NCBI GenBank assembly: GCA_963836665.1
Contig: CAWIKL010000001.1
Location: forward strand, 1,999,818 to 2,063,817
Source: an uncultured Acidobacteriota bacterium
GTDB lineage: Bacteria > Acidobacteriota > Vicinamibacteria > Vicinamibacterales > 2-12-FULL-66-21
Length of the DNA: 64,000 nucleotides
Direction of reading: 5' to 3'
Every line of letters begins with the position of its first letter. Position 1 is the stretch's first letter. The notes beneath the pieces are model-generated. The model saw only the letters and a program-made list of their open reading frames with translations, was not told the DNA's origin and did no database searches. A program made the translations under genes and the position numbers. Positions 37,530 through 46,860 of this stretch are shown here, piece after piece.

Positions 37530-39643
37530 TGAACATTCCCGACCGTCTCGGCCGGCTCCCCGAGCTGGCCAAAGATCTCTGGTGGACCTGGAATCCGCAG
37601 GCGCGTGAAGTCTTCCGCCGCCTCGATTACGCGCTGTGGCGGCAGACGGCGCACAACCCCGTGCTGATGCTGCGCAACGGGTCGCCGGACCTGCTCGAAC
37701 AGGCGGCACGCGACGATCGTTTCCTGGTGCTCTACGACACCGCCGTCGACGCGCTCGACAGCGCGCGCGCCGCGCGCGACACGTGGTGGCAGCAGCGCTT
37801 CAAGGACACGCCCGGCCCGATCGCCTACTTCTCCGCCGAATTCGCGCTGCACCAGTCGCTGCCGATCTACGCCGGCGGCCTCGGCGTGCTGGCCGGCGAC
37901 GTCTGTAAGGAATCGAGCGATCTCGGTGTGCCGCTGATTGGCGTCGGCTTCATGTATCCGCAGGGCTACTTCCACCAGAGCGTCTCGCCTGAGGGCTGGC
38001 AGCAGGAGTCGTACGAACGGCTGAACTGGGAGAATGCGCCGATCGAGCCGGCGATCACCGCCGACGGCAGTCCGTGCATCGTGCCGGTGCCGCTCGGCAG
38101 CCGCAGCGTGCTGGTGCGGGTGTGGCGCGCCCGTCTCGGCCGCGTCAAGCTCTACCTGCTCGACACCGACCTCGAGGAAAACGCGCCGTGGGACCGCGAG
38201 CTGTCGGCGCGCCTCTACGGCGGCGACCGCGAGACGCGCGTGCAGCAGGAGATCATCCTGGGCGTCGGCGGCGTGCGCGCGCTCAAGGCGCTCGGCTCCG
38301 ATCCCATCGTGTGGCATCTCAACGAGGGGCACGCCGCCTTCGTCGTGCTGCAGCGCATCCGCGACATGCTCGAGCACGGCACGTCGTTCGACCAGGCGCT
38401 CGACGAGGTGCGCCGGACGACGGTGTTCACGACGCACACCCCGGTCCCGGCCGGGCACGACGCTTTTCCGTTCAACCTGGTCGAGACGCATCTGGCCAAC
38501 TGCTGGGGCTCGCTCGGCCAGTACCGCGATCGGTTCATGGCGCTCGGCGCCTACGACAACGGCAGCGGCATCCAATTCAACATGACCGCGCTGGCATTGC
38601 GCACGTCCGACGCGGTCAACGCCGTCAGCCAGCTCCACGGCGTCGTGACGCGCGAGATGTGGGGCCCGATCTGGCCGTCGACGCCGGAGGATCAGCGGCC
38701 GGTGCGCGCGATCACCAACGGCGTCCACATGCCGACATGGCTGTCGAACGAGATGGCGAGCCTGTTCGACGAGTACCTGCCGACCGACTGGCGCGACCGT
38801 CACGACGACGCGGAGCTGTGGACGCTGGTCAACGAGATTCCCGACGAGGCCTTGTGGCAGGCGCGCAATGCCCTGCGCAACTATCTCTTCGCCTTCGTGC
38901 GCGAGCGGGCCCGCCAGCGCTGGCGCGACGAGCAGGTCAGCGTCGCGCGCGTCGTCGCCGCCGGCACGCTGCTCGACCCCAATGCGCTGACGATCGGCTT
39001 CGCCCGCCGCTTCACGGGCTACAAGCGGCCCGAGTTGATCTTTCATGACCCCGAGCGGCTGCAGGCGATTCTCAACGCCTCGCGGCGCCCGGTGCAGATC
39101 GTCTTCGCCGGCAAGGCGCACCCGGCCGACGATACCGGCAAGCACCATCTGCAGCAGGTCTACCGCAAGGCGATCGATCCGTCGTTTGGCGGCCGGATCG
39201 CCTTCGTCGATGACTACGACCTGCACGTGGCGCACTTCCTCGTGCAGGGGTGCGACGTGTGGATGAACAATCCGCGCAAGCCGCTCGAGGCGAGCGGCAC
39301 GAGCGGGATGAAGGCGTCGATCAACGGCGTGCCGCATTTCTCGATCGGCGACGGCTGGTGGGCGGAAGGCTACGGCCGGGACAACGGCTGGCTGATCGAC
39401 ACTGCCGACGCCGGCAGCCTCGAGGCGCAGGACGCCGCCGACGCCGCGCGCATGTACGAGATCCTCGAGCGAGAGATCGTGCCGACCTTCTACGACCGCG
39501 ACAACGGGATTCCGCGGCGCTGGCTGCAGTTGGTCCGCAACGCGATCATCACCGTCGCCCCGCGCTTCTCGGCGCGGCGCATGGTGAAGGAGTACGTGGA
39601 CACGATGTACGCGCCCGCCTTACAGCAACGCGTCGAGCGGTGA
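37526..39643 (+). CDS. glgP: alpha-glucan phosphorylase (GT35, DUF3417-type N-terminus, 705 aa)
   Basis: LPELAKDLWWTWNPQAREVFRRLD (DUF3417), AYFSAEFALHQSLPIYAGGLGVLAGD, and PLP-lysine region EASGTSGMKASINGV. Confidence 0.9.
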   Translation: MMNIPDRLGRLPELAKDLWWTWNPQAREVFRRLDYALWRQTAHNPVLMLRNGSPDLLEQAARDDRFLVLYDTAVDALDSARAARDTWWQQRFKDTPGPIAYFSAEFALHQSLPIYAGGLGVLAGDVCKESSDLGVPLIGVGFMYPQGYFHQSVSPEGWQQESYERLNWENAPIEPAITADGSPCIVPVPLGSRSVLVRVWRARLGRVKLYLLDTDLEENAPWDRELSARLYGGDRETRVQQEIILGVGGVRALKALGSDPIVWHLNEGHAAFVVLQRIRDMLEHGTSFDQALDEVRRTTVFTTHTPVPAGHDAFPFNLVETHLANCWGSLGQYRDRFMALGAYDNGSGIQFNMTALALRTSDAVNAVSQLHGVVTREMWGPIWPSTPEDQRPVRAITNGVHMPTWLSNEMASLFDEYLPTDWRDRHDDAELWTLVNEIPDEALWQARNALRNYLFAFVRERARQRWRDEQVSVARVVAAGTLLDPNALTIGFARRFTGYKRPELIFHDPERLQAILNASRRPVQIVFAGKAHPADDTGKHHLQQVYRKAIDPSFGGRIAFVDDYDLHVAHFLVQGCDVWMNNPRKPLEASGTSGMKASINGVPHFSIGDGWWAEGYGRDNGWLIDTADAGSLEAQDAADAARMYEILEREIVPTFYDRDNGIPRRWLQLVRNAIITVAPRFSARRMVKEYVDTMYAPALQQRVER

Positions 39644-39648
39644 GAACT

Positions 39649-39657
39649 TGATACAAT
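39649..39657 (+). promoter_or_regulatory. extended -10 promoter element TGaTACAAT, 6 nt upstream of the ATG at 39664
   Basis: Read directly: cTTGATACAATcaactgATG. The TGn extension plus TAnAAT is AT-rich in a GC-rich context and intergenic. The spacing implies a leaderless transcript. Confidence 0.45.
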
Positions 39658-39663
39658 CAACTG

Positions 39664-40122
39664 ATGCCCCGTAAGTCTGTAGCGCAGGTCCGCTGCGCCC
39701 TCTGCAACGCGAAGGAGGTCTCCGAGCCGCGCGGCGAGGAGAAGTACTGCCGCGACTGCTGGGACAAGAAGATCGCCGTCGAAGACATCGTCGCGCGCGA
39801 GTTCGCGCTGAAGCGCTACATCCGCGCGCACAGCGCCGAGAAATACCTCATCTATCACTCGACATTGAAGCGCCCGTGCGGGCAACTCATCGTCGTCGAC
39901 GACGGCTACGACCTCTTCCTGACGATGATGCTCTATCCGAGCTTCGCGTGGGACGAGCCGGCGTATCACCTCGACGGCGATCCTGAAGGACGCACGTTCG
40001 CCGAGGTTCTCGTCGATGTCGTCGCGGCGGAAGTGATCGAGCCGTGGGGCGGCGGCAAGTGGCATCTCGAGGTCTTCCGTTCGACCAATCCCGAGCCGGA
40101 GGACTGGAACGGAGAGATGTAG
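39664..40122 (+). CDS. hypothetical protein with an N-terminal CxxC...CxxC zinc-ribbon-like motif (152 aa)
   Basis: CALCNAKEV...YCRDCW. Acidic C-terminus. No family recognised. Confidence 0.55.
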   Translation: MPRKSVAQVRCALCNAKEVSEPRGEEKYCRDCWDKKIAVEDIVAREFALKRYIRAHSAEKYLIYHSTLKRPCGQLIVVDDGYDLFLTMMLYPSFAWDEPAYHLDGDPEGRTFAEVLVDVVAAEVIEPWGGGKWHLEVFRSTNPEPEDWNGEM

Positions 40123-40133
40123 AGGCGTATACT
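40105..40133 (+). promoter_or_regulatory. candidate sigma70-type promoter TGGAAC-N17-TATACT
   Basis: Read directly. It overlaps the stop of the upstream gene, 49 nt upstream of the ATG at 40182, which has its own GGAGGA Shine-Dalgarno sequence. Confidence 0.35.
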
Positions 40134-40181
40134 CGCGGCGGTTATCGTATCCATGATCCCAGGTCATCCGGGAGGACCTCG

Positions 40182-40706
40182 ATGAAACGCTTCGCGTTCA
40201 CGTCCTTTTCTCTACTTGGTTGCCTCGCTCTGTCGATGGCAGCTTACGCCCAGACCGCCAAGAGTACGGCTGCGAGTCCCAAGAAAGACGCGACCCCAGC
40301 CGTATCCTCGTCGCCAGCGCCGGTGTCCGAAGAATTGATGAAGGCGCGCATGAAGCCGCCGGTGAAAGGCACCGCCGCCATCGAGTTCATCGCGAACCCG
40401 CCCAAGGTCGCCAACGGCGAAGTCGCCAGCGTAATCAAAGTGAAGAACGTCGACAACGCCCCGATCGTCGGGCTCAAGATCGACGAGTACTTCTACGCCA
40501 ACCAAAAGGAAGTTTCCGCCTGCACCGCGCGCGTACGCAACCCGATTGCGGCGGGCGAGATCGTCGACGTGCCCCTCAGCTGCCCGAACCCGAAGGAAAA
40601 GGTCAACGGCAGCAACATGATGTTCACGCACGCCAACGGCAAGGTGCAGCCGAAACAGGTGAAGTCGTTCACTGCTGCCGCGGCGAAGGGCACAACCAAG
40701 AAGTAG
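40182..40706 (+). CDS. hypothetical secreted protein (174 aa)
   Basis: GGAGGA Shine-Dalgarno sequence 6 nt upstream. Signal peptide MKRFAFTSFSLLGCLALSMAAYAQ. Lys-rich C-terminus. Confidence 0.65.
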   Translation: MKRFAFTSFSLLGCLALSMAAYAQTAKSTAASPKKDATPAVSSSPAPVSEELMKARMKPPVKGTAAIEFIANPPKVANGEVASVIKVKNVDNAPIVGLKIDEYFYANQKEVSACTARVRNPIAAGEIVDVPLSCPNPKEKVNGSNMMFTHANGKVQPKQVKSFTAAAAKGTTKK

Positions 40707-40790
40707 GCCGGGCGGCTCCGGGTCCGACGCCCACGGCCAACCTCCGGTTGGCCCGCTCAGGGAGCCATGCGCGCACATTAGAATGCGCGC

Positions 40791-41321
40791 ATGACTCCGC
40801 TGAGTAACATCGACCCGCGCTTCCCCACCGGCAAGCTCATCTTCGACCCCGACATCAACGACGACAAGCGCCGGCGCTGGATCGAGTCGATCCGCACGAC
40901 GCCGGTGAAGCTGCGCGCCGCGGTGAGCGGGATCACCGAGCGGCAGCTCGACACGCCGTATCGCGACGGGGGCTGGACGGTTCGCCAGGTCATCCATCAC
41001 ATCCCCGAAAGCCACGCGAACGCGTTTATCCGCTTCAAGCTGGCGTTGACGGAAGACACACCGACGATCAAGCTGTACGACGAAGATGCCTGGGCGAAGC
41101 TGCCCGACGTCCCACGCGCGCCGATCGAGAGCTCGCTGGCGCTCGTCGAGGCGCTGCACGTGCGCTGGGTGACACTGCTCGAGGTCATGCACGACGCGGA
41201 CTTCCGGCGTCCACTGATGCATCCTGAACGCGGTCAGATCACGCTCGATACGCTGTTGCAGACATACGCGTGGCACGGACCGCATCACATCGGCCACGTG
41301 GAGATCGTGAGGGGGACCTGA
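40791..41321 (+). CDS. DinB/YfiT-family metal-dependent hydrolase or thiol-transferase-like protein (176 aa)
   Basis: His triad context HHIPESHANAF ... YAWHGPHHIGHV is typical of YfiT/DinB_2. Confidence 0.75.
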   Translation: MTPLSNIDPRFPTGKLIFDPDINDDKRRRWIESIRTTPVKLRAAVSGITERQLDTPYRDGGWTVRQVIHHIPESHANAFIRFKLALTEDTPTIKLYDEDAWAKLPDVPRAPIESSLALVEALHVRWVTLLEVMHDADFRRPLMHPERGQITLDTLLQTYAWHGPHHIGHVEIVRGT

Positions 41322-41340
41322 CGGCCGGCCTGACCCGCGT

Positions 41341-41709
41341 TCACACCCGGCGTCTGGCCAGGTTACCCGCGATCGGGAGCTTCAACCGGCCGCCGGTGTA
41401 GGCCTGGTAGAGGCAGATGGCCCAGACAACCAGCAGCACGATCCATAGCAGCGATGCCACGCCGATCATCACCGAGACGGCGGCGGCCGACACGAAAAGA
41501 GCGGCGACGGCGAACGCGTAGGCCGCTGCCAGGGCGAGGGCGATGCCACCGAGGCCGGCAATCGATTGCCAGGCGTGGAAGCGGACGTCGCGGCTGCGCG
41601 TTTCGGCAAAGAGCATAAGCGCGCCGGAAAACGGACCGGCCAGATACGCGAGCATCGCCGCGGTGCGTGGCGAAAGGCCGGTCGACGTGGCCGGGTCAAC
41701 AGCGTGCAC
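41341..41709 (-). CDS. DUF4870-family small membrane protein (122 aa)
   Basis: AAMLAYLAGPFSGALMLFAETRSRDVRFHAWQSI motif followed by two further TM segments. Confidence 0.7.
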   Translation of the reverse strand: MHAVDPATSTGLSPRTAAMLAYLAGPFSGALMLFAETRSRDVRFHAWQSIAGLGGIALALAAAYAFAVAALFVSAAAVSVMIGVASLLWIVLLVVWAICLYQAYTGGRLKLPIAGNLARRRV

Positions 41710-41747
41710 GCCGGGGGCTTACGCAACCCGCGTACCGCGTCGGCGAC

Positions 41748-43817
41748 CTAGCGGACCCTGAATTCCACCTCTCGCGACACAGGCTCCGACTTGCCGAGCG
41801 TCGGCCGAGCCTCCAGGTGGAGTACGTAGCGCCCTGGAGCCAGCCCTTCGAGCGGCACCTTCGTCAGGTGACCGTAGCCGCCCGCGCCCGCCGACCCGTT
41901 CAGCTCCTCGCTGCGCCGCTCGTCGGACGTGGAGAAGACGGCCTTGCCCTCATCCGACAACACCGTCGTGGTGATGACGACACGGTGCGCGGTGGCGGTA
42001 CCGAGGTTGTCGTAGATCTCGGCGAAGACAGAGAGCTCGTCGCCGCGCGAGAAGTCGCGCGAGGCGCTCGGCGGCGCCGGCAGCACGTCCTTGAGATCGT
42101 TGCCGCCGGGAGTGGCGGTCGGGATCCGCGCCGAGGCGCCGGTCGACAGGACGATGCCGCTCATGGCGATCGCCCCCTTACTGAAGTCGGGTGCGTCGAG
42201 CTCGTAGATCACCGTGCCGACCTTGCCGCCGCCTTCTCGCGCGCCGACGCGCAACTGGTACTTGCCCGGCGGCACCTTCAGCACGCGAACCACCCGGAAC
42301 GGGTTGCGCATCTGCGTCACGTTCGGCTTGAGCACGACGTTGACGGTGTCGTGTGCGCCGTCACGCACCTTGCCCGACGCCGTGTCGAGGGCGTAGAGCG
42401 TCACCTCGAGCGCATTGGCGTAGCGGCCGTCCGCCGCTGGCGCGAAACGCATCGTCGTGCCATCGACTTCGATCGACATGGTGACGGCGTCGTGGCCGGA
42501 GGCTCCCTTGAACGGCGCGGCAAAGGCGTTGACGGTGACGCCGCTGACCGCGACTGGGCTTTCGAGCGCGTCCATCAGGTCGGCGGAGGTGTGCTCGGCG
42601 GGCGTGCCCTTGGTGGCACTCTCCTTCTTTGACGGGATCGGCGCGACATAGCCGCGGCGCGTCCGCACCTTCAGGCCCGGCTTGGTCACCGTCACGGCGA
42701 CGTTGCGGAACTTGCCGTCGCGCTTGTCGTTGGTCGGGTAGTAGCCGAGCACGTAGTAGCTGCTGCTGTCGTCGAGGATGCGGCCGAACGCGTCACGGTA
42801 GTCGTTCTGGTTGAGCACGGCGAAACCGCCGGTCTCCTCGGCGATGGTGTGCAGGCTGTCGTGCTCGAGGCGCATCTCGTCCATCAGCTGCGTCGAGTTG
42901 ATCGAGCCGTCGGAGGGCATCGAGCCGATCTCGATTGCGTCTTCCATGCCGGTGCTCAGGCCGCGCGGATCGACGGTATAGACGCTGATGTTGCCGCGCG
43001 TCGCGGCGGCGATGAAACCGCGCATCTCGGCCTGGACGTCAGTAGTGTGCGGGTTGTTGATGGCGTCGACCAGGTCGTAGTTGATGCCCTCGCTGAACAG
43101 GACCACCGACTTGCGTCGGCCGCGCATGCCGGCCATGTAGTCAGCGAGGCTGCGCAGCACGCGCAGCGAATTGCGGGCGTTGTTGTAACGCATCATGTCG
43201 TTGAACGACGCGTTCATGTTCGTCCCGGTGCCCGGCACGCCCTGGTTCATGTAGTAATCCTGCAGGCGCGCCTCGGTCGAGGACCCTTCCTTGTTACCGA
43301 TGGCGCCGTCAATCGCCTTGACCGCGAGCGCGCGGTTGCTGGTGAAATCCTGCATCGCCTTGCCGTAGCCCGAGGTGTTGATGACGGCAACGACGTCGTT
43401 GGCGCCGACGTAATGCTCGACGAACTGGCGCGCGGCGGCGCGGACGCGCGGCGTGCGGTTGACGCGCGTGTTGAGATCATCGACGACGATGACGAAGACC
43501 CGCCCTTCAAACGGCTTTTCGTTCGATACCACGTCGACCGGAATCGGCTTGTTGGTGTAGAGCGGCGGATCGACGTGTTCCACCGGGATGTCGACCACCG
43601 AAAACGCGGTCAGCGCCTGCGGCACCCCTTCCTCGACGATCCGGAAGTCACCCTTGGTGAGATCGCGGACGAAGTGTCCCTGCGCGTCGGTGACGGTGGC
43701 GTCGACCTCGACGTAGTTGACTTCGACCTTGAAGGTGATCGGCGGCTGCGGCGACTGCGGCGGGGCCGGGGCCTGCGTCAGCGCCGCGAGCAGCACGGCC
43801 GGTAGTGTAATTCGCAT
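41748..43817 (-). CDS. VWA domain protein with the N-terminal 'VWFA-related acidobacterial domain' architecture (689 aa)
   Basis: The N-terminus ITFKVEVNYVEVDATVTDAQGHFVRDLTKGDFRIVEEGVPQ is the characteristic opening of this family. It is followed by a VWA fold (VFVIVVDDLN... MIDAS-like) and Ig-like C-terminal repeats. Confidence 0.8.
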   Translation of the reverse strand: MRITLPAVLLAALTQAPAPPQSPQPPITFKVEVNYVEVDATVTDAQGHFVRDLTKGDFRIVEEGVPQALTAFSVVDIPVEHVDPPLYTNKPIPVDVVSNEKPFEGRVFVIVVDDLNTRVNRTPRVRAAARQFVEHYVGANDVVAVINTSGYGKAMQDFTSNRALAVKAIDGAIGNKEGSSTEARLQDYYMNQGVPGTGTNMNASFNDMMRYNNARNSLRVLRSLADYMAGMRGRRKSVVLFSEGINYDLVDAINNPHTTDVQAEMRGFIAAATRGNISVYTVDPRGLSTGMEDAIEIGSMPSDGSINSTQLMDEMRLEHDSLHTIAEETGGFAVLNQNDYRDAFGRILDDSSSYYVLGYYPTNDKRDGKFRNVAVTVTKPGLKVRTRRGYVAPIPSKKESATKGTPAEHTSADLMDALESPVAVSGVTVNAFAAPFKGASGHDAVTMSIEVDGTTMRFAPAADGRYANALEVTLYALDTASGKVRDGAHDTVNVVLKPNVTQMRNPFRVVRVLKVPPGKYQLRVGAREGGGKVGTVIYELDAPDFSKGAIAMSGIVLSTGASARIPTATPGGNDLKDVLPAPPSASRDFSRGDELSVFAEIYDNLGTATAHRVVITTTVLSDEGKAVFSTSDERRSEELNGSAGAGGYGHLTKVPLEGLAPGRYVLHLEARPTLGKSEPVSREVEFRVR

Positions 43818-44046
43818 AAAACCTTCGGCAGACAGGCGGCGTCCTGATTATAGCGAGTCGGCGAGCGCTCCCCACTGCCGCGACCGAGGCGCGTCGGCGG
43901 ACCATGGCGCGCCGAACATACTTTTTTCACAATTCCGCGCGGGGAAAGGGGCGCCGCAACCGCCCTCGATTCGAAGCGGCGTGCCGGTGACGGCCGGTGG
44001 GATGGACGGCCGTAGCTGTACCATCCGTCCGCTGCTGTCTTACGTC

Positions 44047-44052
44047 TATACT
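44047..44052 (+). promoter_or_regulatory. -10-like hexamer TATACT, 6 nt upstream of the ATG at 44059
   Basis: Read directly: cgtcTATACTcaaacgATG. No convincing -35 or TG extension. Confidence 0.3.
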
Positions 44053-44058
44053 CAAACG

Positions 44059-45234
44059 ATGCCGCTGTCGATTCCGGCCGTCCAGGAAGCCCTGCGCGAA
44101 GAAGGGCTCGACGGTTGGCTGCTCTACGATTTCCACGGATCCAATCCGATTGCCAGGCGTCTGGCGGGTCTCGATGGCGGCGGCAAGATGACGACGCGGC
44201 GGTGGTATTACCTGATTCCGGCGAGTGGCGAGCCGCGCAAGCTCATGCACGCGATCGAGCCCTTCAATCTCGACCACATGCCGGGCGGCAAGGCGATCTA
44301 CTCGCAGCGCGACAGCCTCGCGTCGGGACTGAAGAGCCTGTTGGGCGGCATGAAGCGGATCGCGATGGAATACTCGCCGCACAACGCCATCCCCTACATC
44401 TCGCGGATCGATGGTGGAACGATCGAGGCGGTGCGGGCTCTGGGCGCCGACGTCGTGTCGTCGGGGGACCTCGTCCAGCGTTTCGAAGCGGTGTGGTCGG
44501 CTGACGCGCTGCGCACGCATCGCGCCGCCTCCGAGGCGCTCTACCGGGTCAAGGATCGCGCGTTCGACTTCATTCGCGAGCGCAGGGGCAACGGAGCGGC
44601 GACCACGGAAATCGACGTCCAGCGCGCGATGGTCGGCTGGTTCGAGCAGGAGGGGCTGACAAGCGACGCCCCGCCCGTCGTTGCCGCGCAGGAAAACGCC
44701 GGCAATCCGCACTACATGCCGACCGACGCGAAGCACCGCGGCATCGGCAGCGGCGAAGTCGTGCTGCTCGATCTCTGGGGCAAGCTCCCGGAGCCCGGAG
44801 CGGTGTTCGCTGACATCACCTGGGTGGGGTTCACGGGGGATCCGGCCGACAAATACGTACGGGCGTTCAACGCGGCGCGCGACGGCCGAGACGCCGCGGT
44901 CGCGCTGGTGCGGGAGCGAGCGGCGGCCGGGCAGGAGATCCGCGGCTTCGAGGTGGACCGGGCCTGCCGCGAGGTGCTGGCGCGCGCTGGCTACGCCGGC
45001 CAGTTCATCCACCGCACCGGGCACAGCCTCGGCACTGAAGTGCACGGCAACGGCGTGCACATGGACGACTACGAGACGCACGACGAGCGGCGCCTGATCC
45101 CGGGGACCGGGTTTACCATTGAACCAGGCGTCTACACGGCGGAGTTCGGCGTGCGGACCGAGATCAACATGTACGTGGGCGACCGCGAGGCCAGCGTGAC
45201 CGGCCCGCTGCAGACGGAATTCATCAGGCTGTAA
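44059..45234 (+). CDS. M24-family Xaa-Pro aminopeptidase (391 aa)
   Basis: Creatinase-like N-domain and pita-bread domain with metal ligands (DLWG..., HRTGHSLGTEVHG, FTIEPG, EINMYV). Start MPLSIPAVQEALREEGLDGWLLYDF. Confidence 0.8.
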   Translation: MPLSIPAVQEALREEGLDGWLLYDFHGSNPIARRLAGLDGGGKMTTRRWYYLIPASGEPRKLMHAIEPFNLDHMPGGKAIYSQRDSLASGLKSLLGGMKRIAMEYSPHNAIPYISRIDGGTIEAVRALGADVVSSGDLVQRFEAVWSADALRTHRAASEALYRVKDRAFDFIRERRGNGAATTEIDVQRAMVGWFEQEGLTSDAPPVVAAQENAGNPHYMPTDAKHRGIGSGEVVLLDLWGKLPEPGAVFADITWVGFTGDPADKYVRAFNAARDGRDAAVALVRERAAAGQEIRGFEVDRACREVLARAGYAGQFIHRTGHSLGTEVHGNGVHMDDYETHDERRLIPGTGFTIEPGVYTAEFGVRTEINMYVGDREASVTGPLQTEFIRL

Positions 45235-45249
45235 TCAGGGGAGTCTGGA

Positions 45250-46860
45250 ATGTCGACTGGAAAGACCTCGGCCTTTTACATCGTCCTCACTGCCGTCGCC
45301 GGGATGGCGGTCGGCATGGTCATCACCTCGCGACTGGACCTGACGCCGGCGTCGTCGGCGCAGACGATCGCGGTGCCGGCGGTCAACAGCGCGCCGCTGA
45401 CCGGGGCGATCGACGCGACGACCTTCCGCAACATCGCCAAGGGAAATGCGCCGGCCGTGGTCAACATCCAGACCGAGGTGCGGCAGCGCAGCCGCGATCT
45501 GACGGAGTACTTCGGCAACGGCGGCGACGATCTGCTGCGCCGCTTCTTCGGCGGCGACGACCAGGGCAACCAGGCGCCGCCGCGCCGCAACCGCGGCGGC
45601 GGCCAGGGGCAGGGGCAAGGACAGGGACAGGGGCGCGCGCAGCAGCCGGACCCGGTCCTCGAAGGGGCCGGCACCGGCTTCATCATCGACAAAGCGGGCT
45701 TCATCCTGACGAACAATCACGTCATCGAAGGGGCCGAGACCATCCGCGTCAGCCTCTATGGCGCCGAGCGGCTGGAGTCGTACGCCGCGAAGGTGGTCGG
45801 CCATGACACGCTGACCGACAGCGCGCTCATCCAGCTCACCGAGATGCCGCCGCAGCCGCTGTCAGAAGTGAAGCTGGGGGATTCGGACCAGATGCAGCCG
45901 GGCGACTGGGTCATGGCGATCGGCAACCCGTTCCGCCTCGGGCACAGTGTCAGCGTCGGGGTGATCAGCGCGCTCGGCCGTCCGTTCGGGGGGGTCCCGG
46001 GCCGCGAGCAGAACATGCTGCAGACCGACGCGGCGATCAACCCGGGAAACTCCGGCGGCCCGCTGCTCAACGTGCGCGGGGAAGTCGTCGGGATGAACAC
46101 CGCGATTTACACCGACCAGCGCTCGGCCAACATCGGCATCGGCTTCGCGACGCCGATGAACACCATCCGCGACCTGCTGCCGCAGCTGCGCAACGGCAAG
46201 GTCATCCGCGGCGTGATCGGCGTCACCGTGTCGAAGGATCACCTCACGCCGGAAACGGCGAAGGCCTTTGGGCTGCCGAACACGAGTGGTGCGCTGATTG
46301 CCACCGTCAACCCGAAGGGACCGGCCGACAAGGCCGGCCTCGAACCTGGTGACGTCGTCATCGACTTCAACGGCAAGGCGGTGAAGGACAGCGACTCGCT
46401 GGTGGCGATGGTGGTAAACACCAAACCGGGAACGGCGGCGCCGCTGACGATCTATCGCAACAACCAGCGCAAGGCGCTGAGCGTGACGATCGACGAGCTC
46501 GATCTCGAAGCGGAACAGACGCGCGGCACGCGGCGCAACGACACGCCTGAACAGCCGCAGCCGCAGCCGACGGCGACCGACTTCGGCATGACGCTCGACT
46601 CGATCACTCCCGACGTGGCGCGCAAGCTCGATCTGCCGGGCAACACCGGCGGTGCCGTCGTGACCGACGTCGATCACAACAGCGCGGCCGACAAGGCGGG
46701 GGTGGCGGCGGGCGACGTGATCCTCGAGGTGAACCGGCACAAGGTGTCGAACAAGAGCCAGGTCACGCGCGAGCTGCAGAACGTGCCGCCCGGCCAGCCG
46801 GCGTTCCTCCTAGTCTGGCGCGACAGCACCAGCGTCTTCGTCACCATGACAAAGCACTGA
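45250..46860 (+). CDS. htrA: periplasmic serine endoprotease HtrA/DegP/DegQ family with two PDZ domains (536 aa)
   Basis: TM/signal anchor, catalytic TNNHV...D..., GNSGGPLLN, and two PDZ domains (GALIATVNPKGPADKAGLEPGDVV and GAVVTDVDHNSAADKAGVAAGDVI). Confidence 0.9.
   Translation: MSTGKTSAFYIVLTAVAGMAVGMVITSRLDLTPASSAQTIAVPAVNSAPLTGAIDATTFRNIAKGNAPAVVNIQTEVRQRSRDLTEYFGNGGDDLLRRFFGGDDQGNQAPPRRNRGGGQGQGQGQGQGRAQQPDPVLEGAGTGFIIDKAGFILTNNHVIEGAETIRVSLYGAERLESYAAKVVGHDTLTDSALIQLTEMPPQPLSEVKLGDSDQMQPGDWVMAIGNPFRLGHSVSVGVISALGRPFGGVPGREQNMLQTDAAINPGNSGGPLLNVRGEVVGMNTAIYTDQRSANIGIGFATPMNTIRDLLPQLRNGKVIRGVIGVTVSKDHLTPETAKAFGLPNTSGALIATVNPKGPADKAGLEPGDVVIDFNGKAVKDSDSLVAMVVNTKPGTAAPLTIYRNNQRKALSVTIDELDLEAEQTRGTRRNDTPEQPQPQPTATDFGMTLDSITPDVARKLDLPGNTGGAVVTDVDHNSAADKAGVAAGDVILEVNRHKVSNKSQVTRELQNVPPGQPAFLLVWRDSTSVFVTMTKH

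Noticed and set aside
36510-37709. The N-terminal 400 codons of ORF 35487-37709(-). Similar 5' extensions occur in ORFs 31505-34918, 43717-45234, 52288-54117, 61402-63879, 25438-26490, 26238-27263, 27160-28167 and 23153-25702.
   Set aside because: The extensions overlap neighbouring well-supported genes or have Arg/Ser-rich junk translations. Internal starts with a signal peptide, a Shine-Dalgarno sequence or start/stop coupling fit much better.
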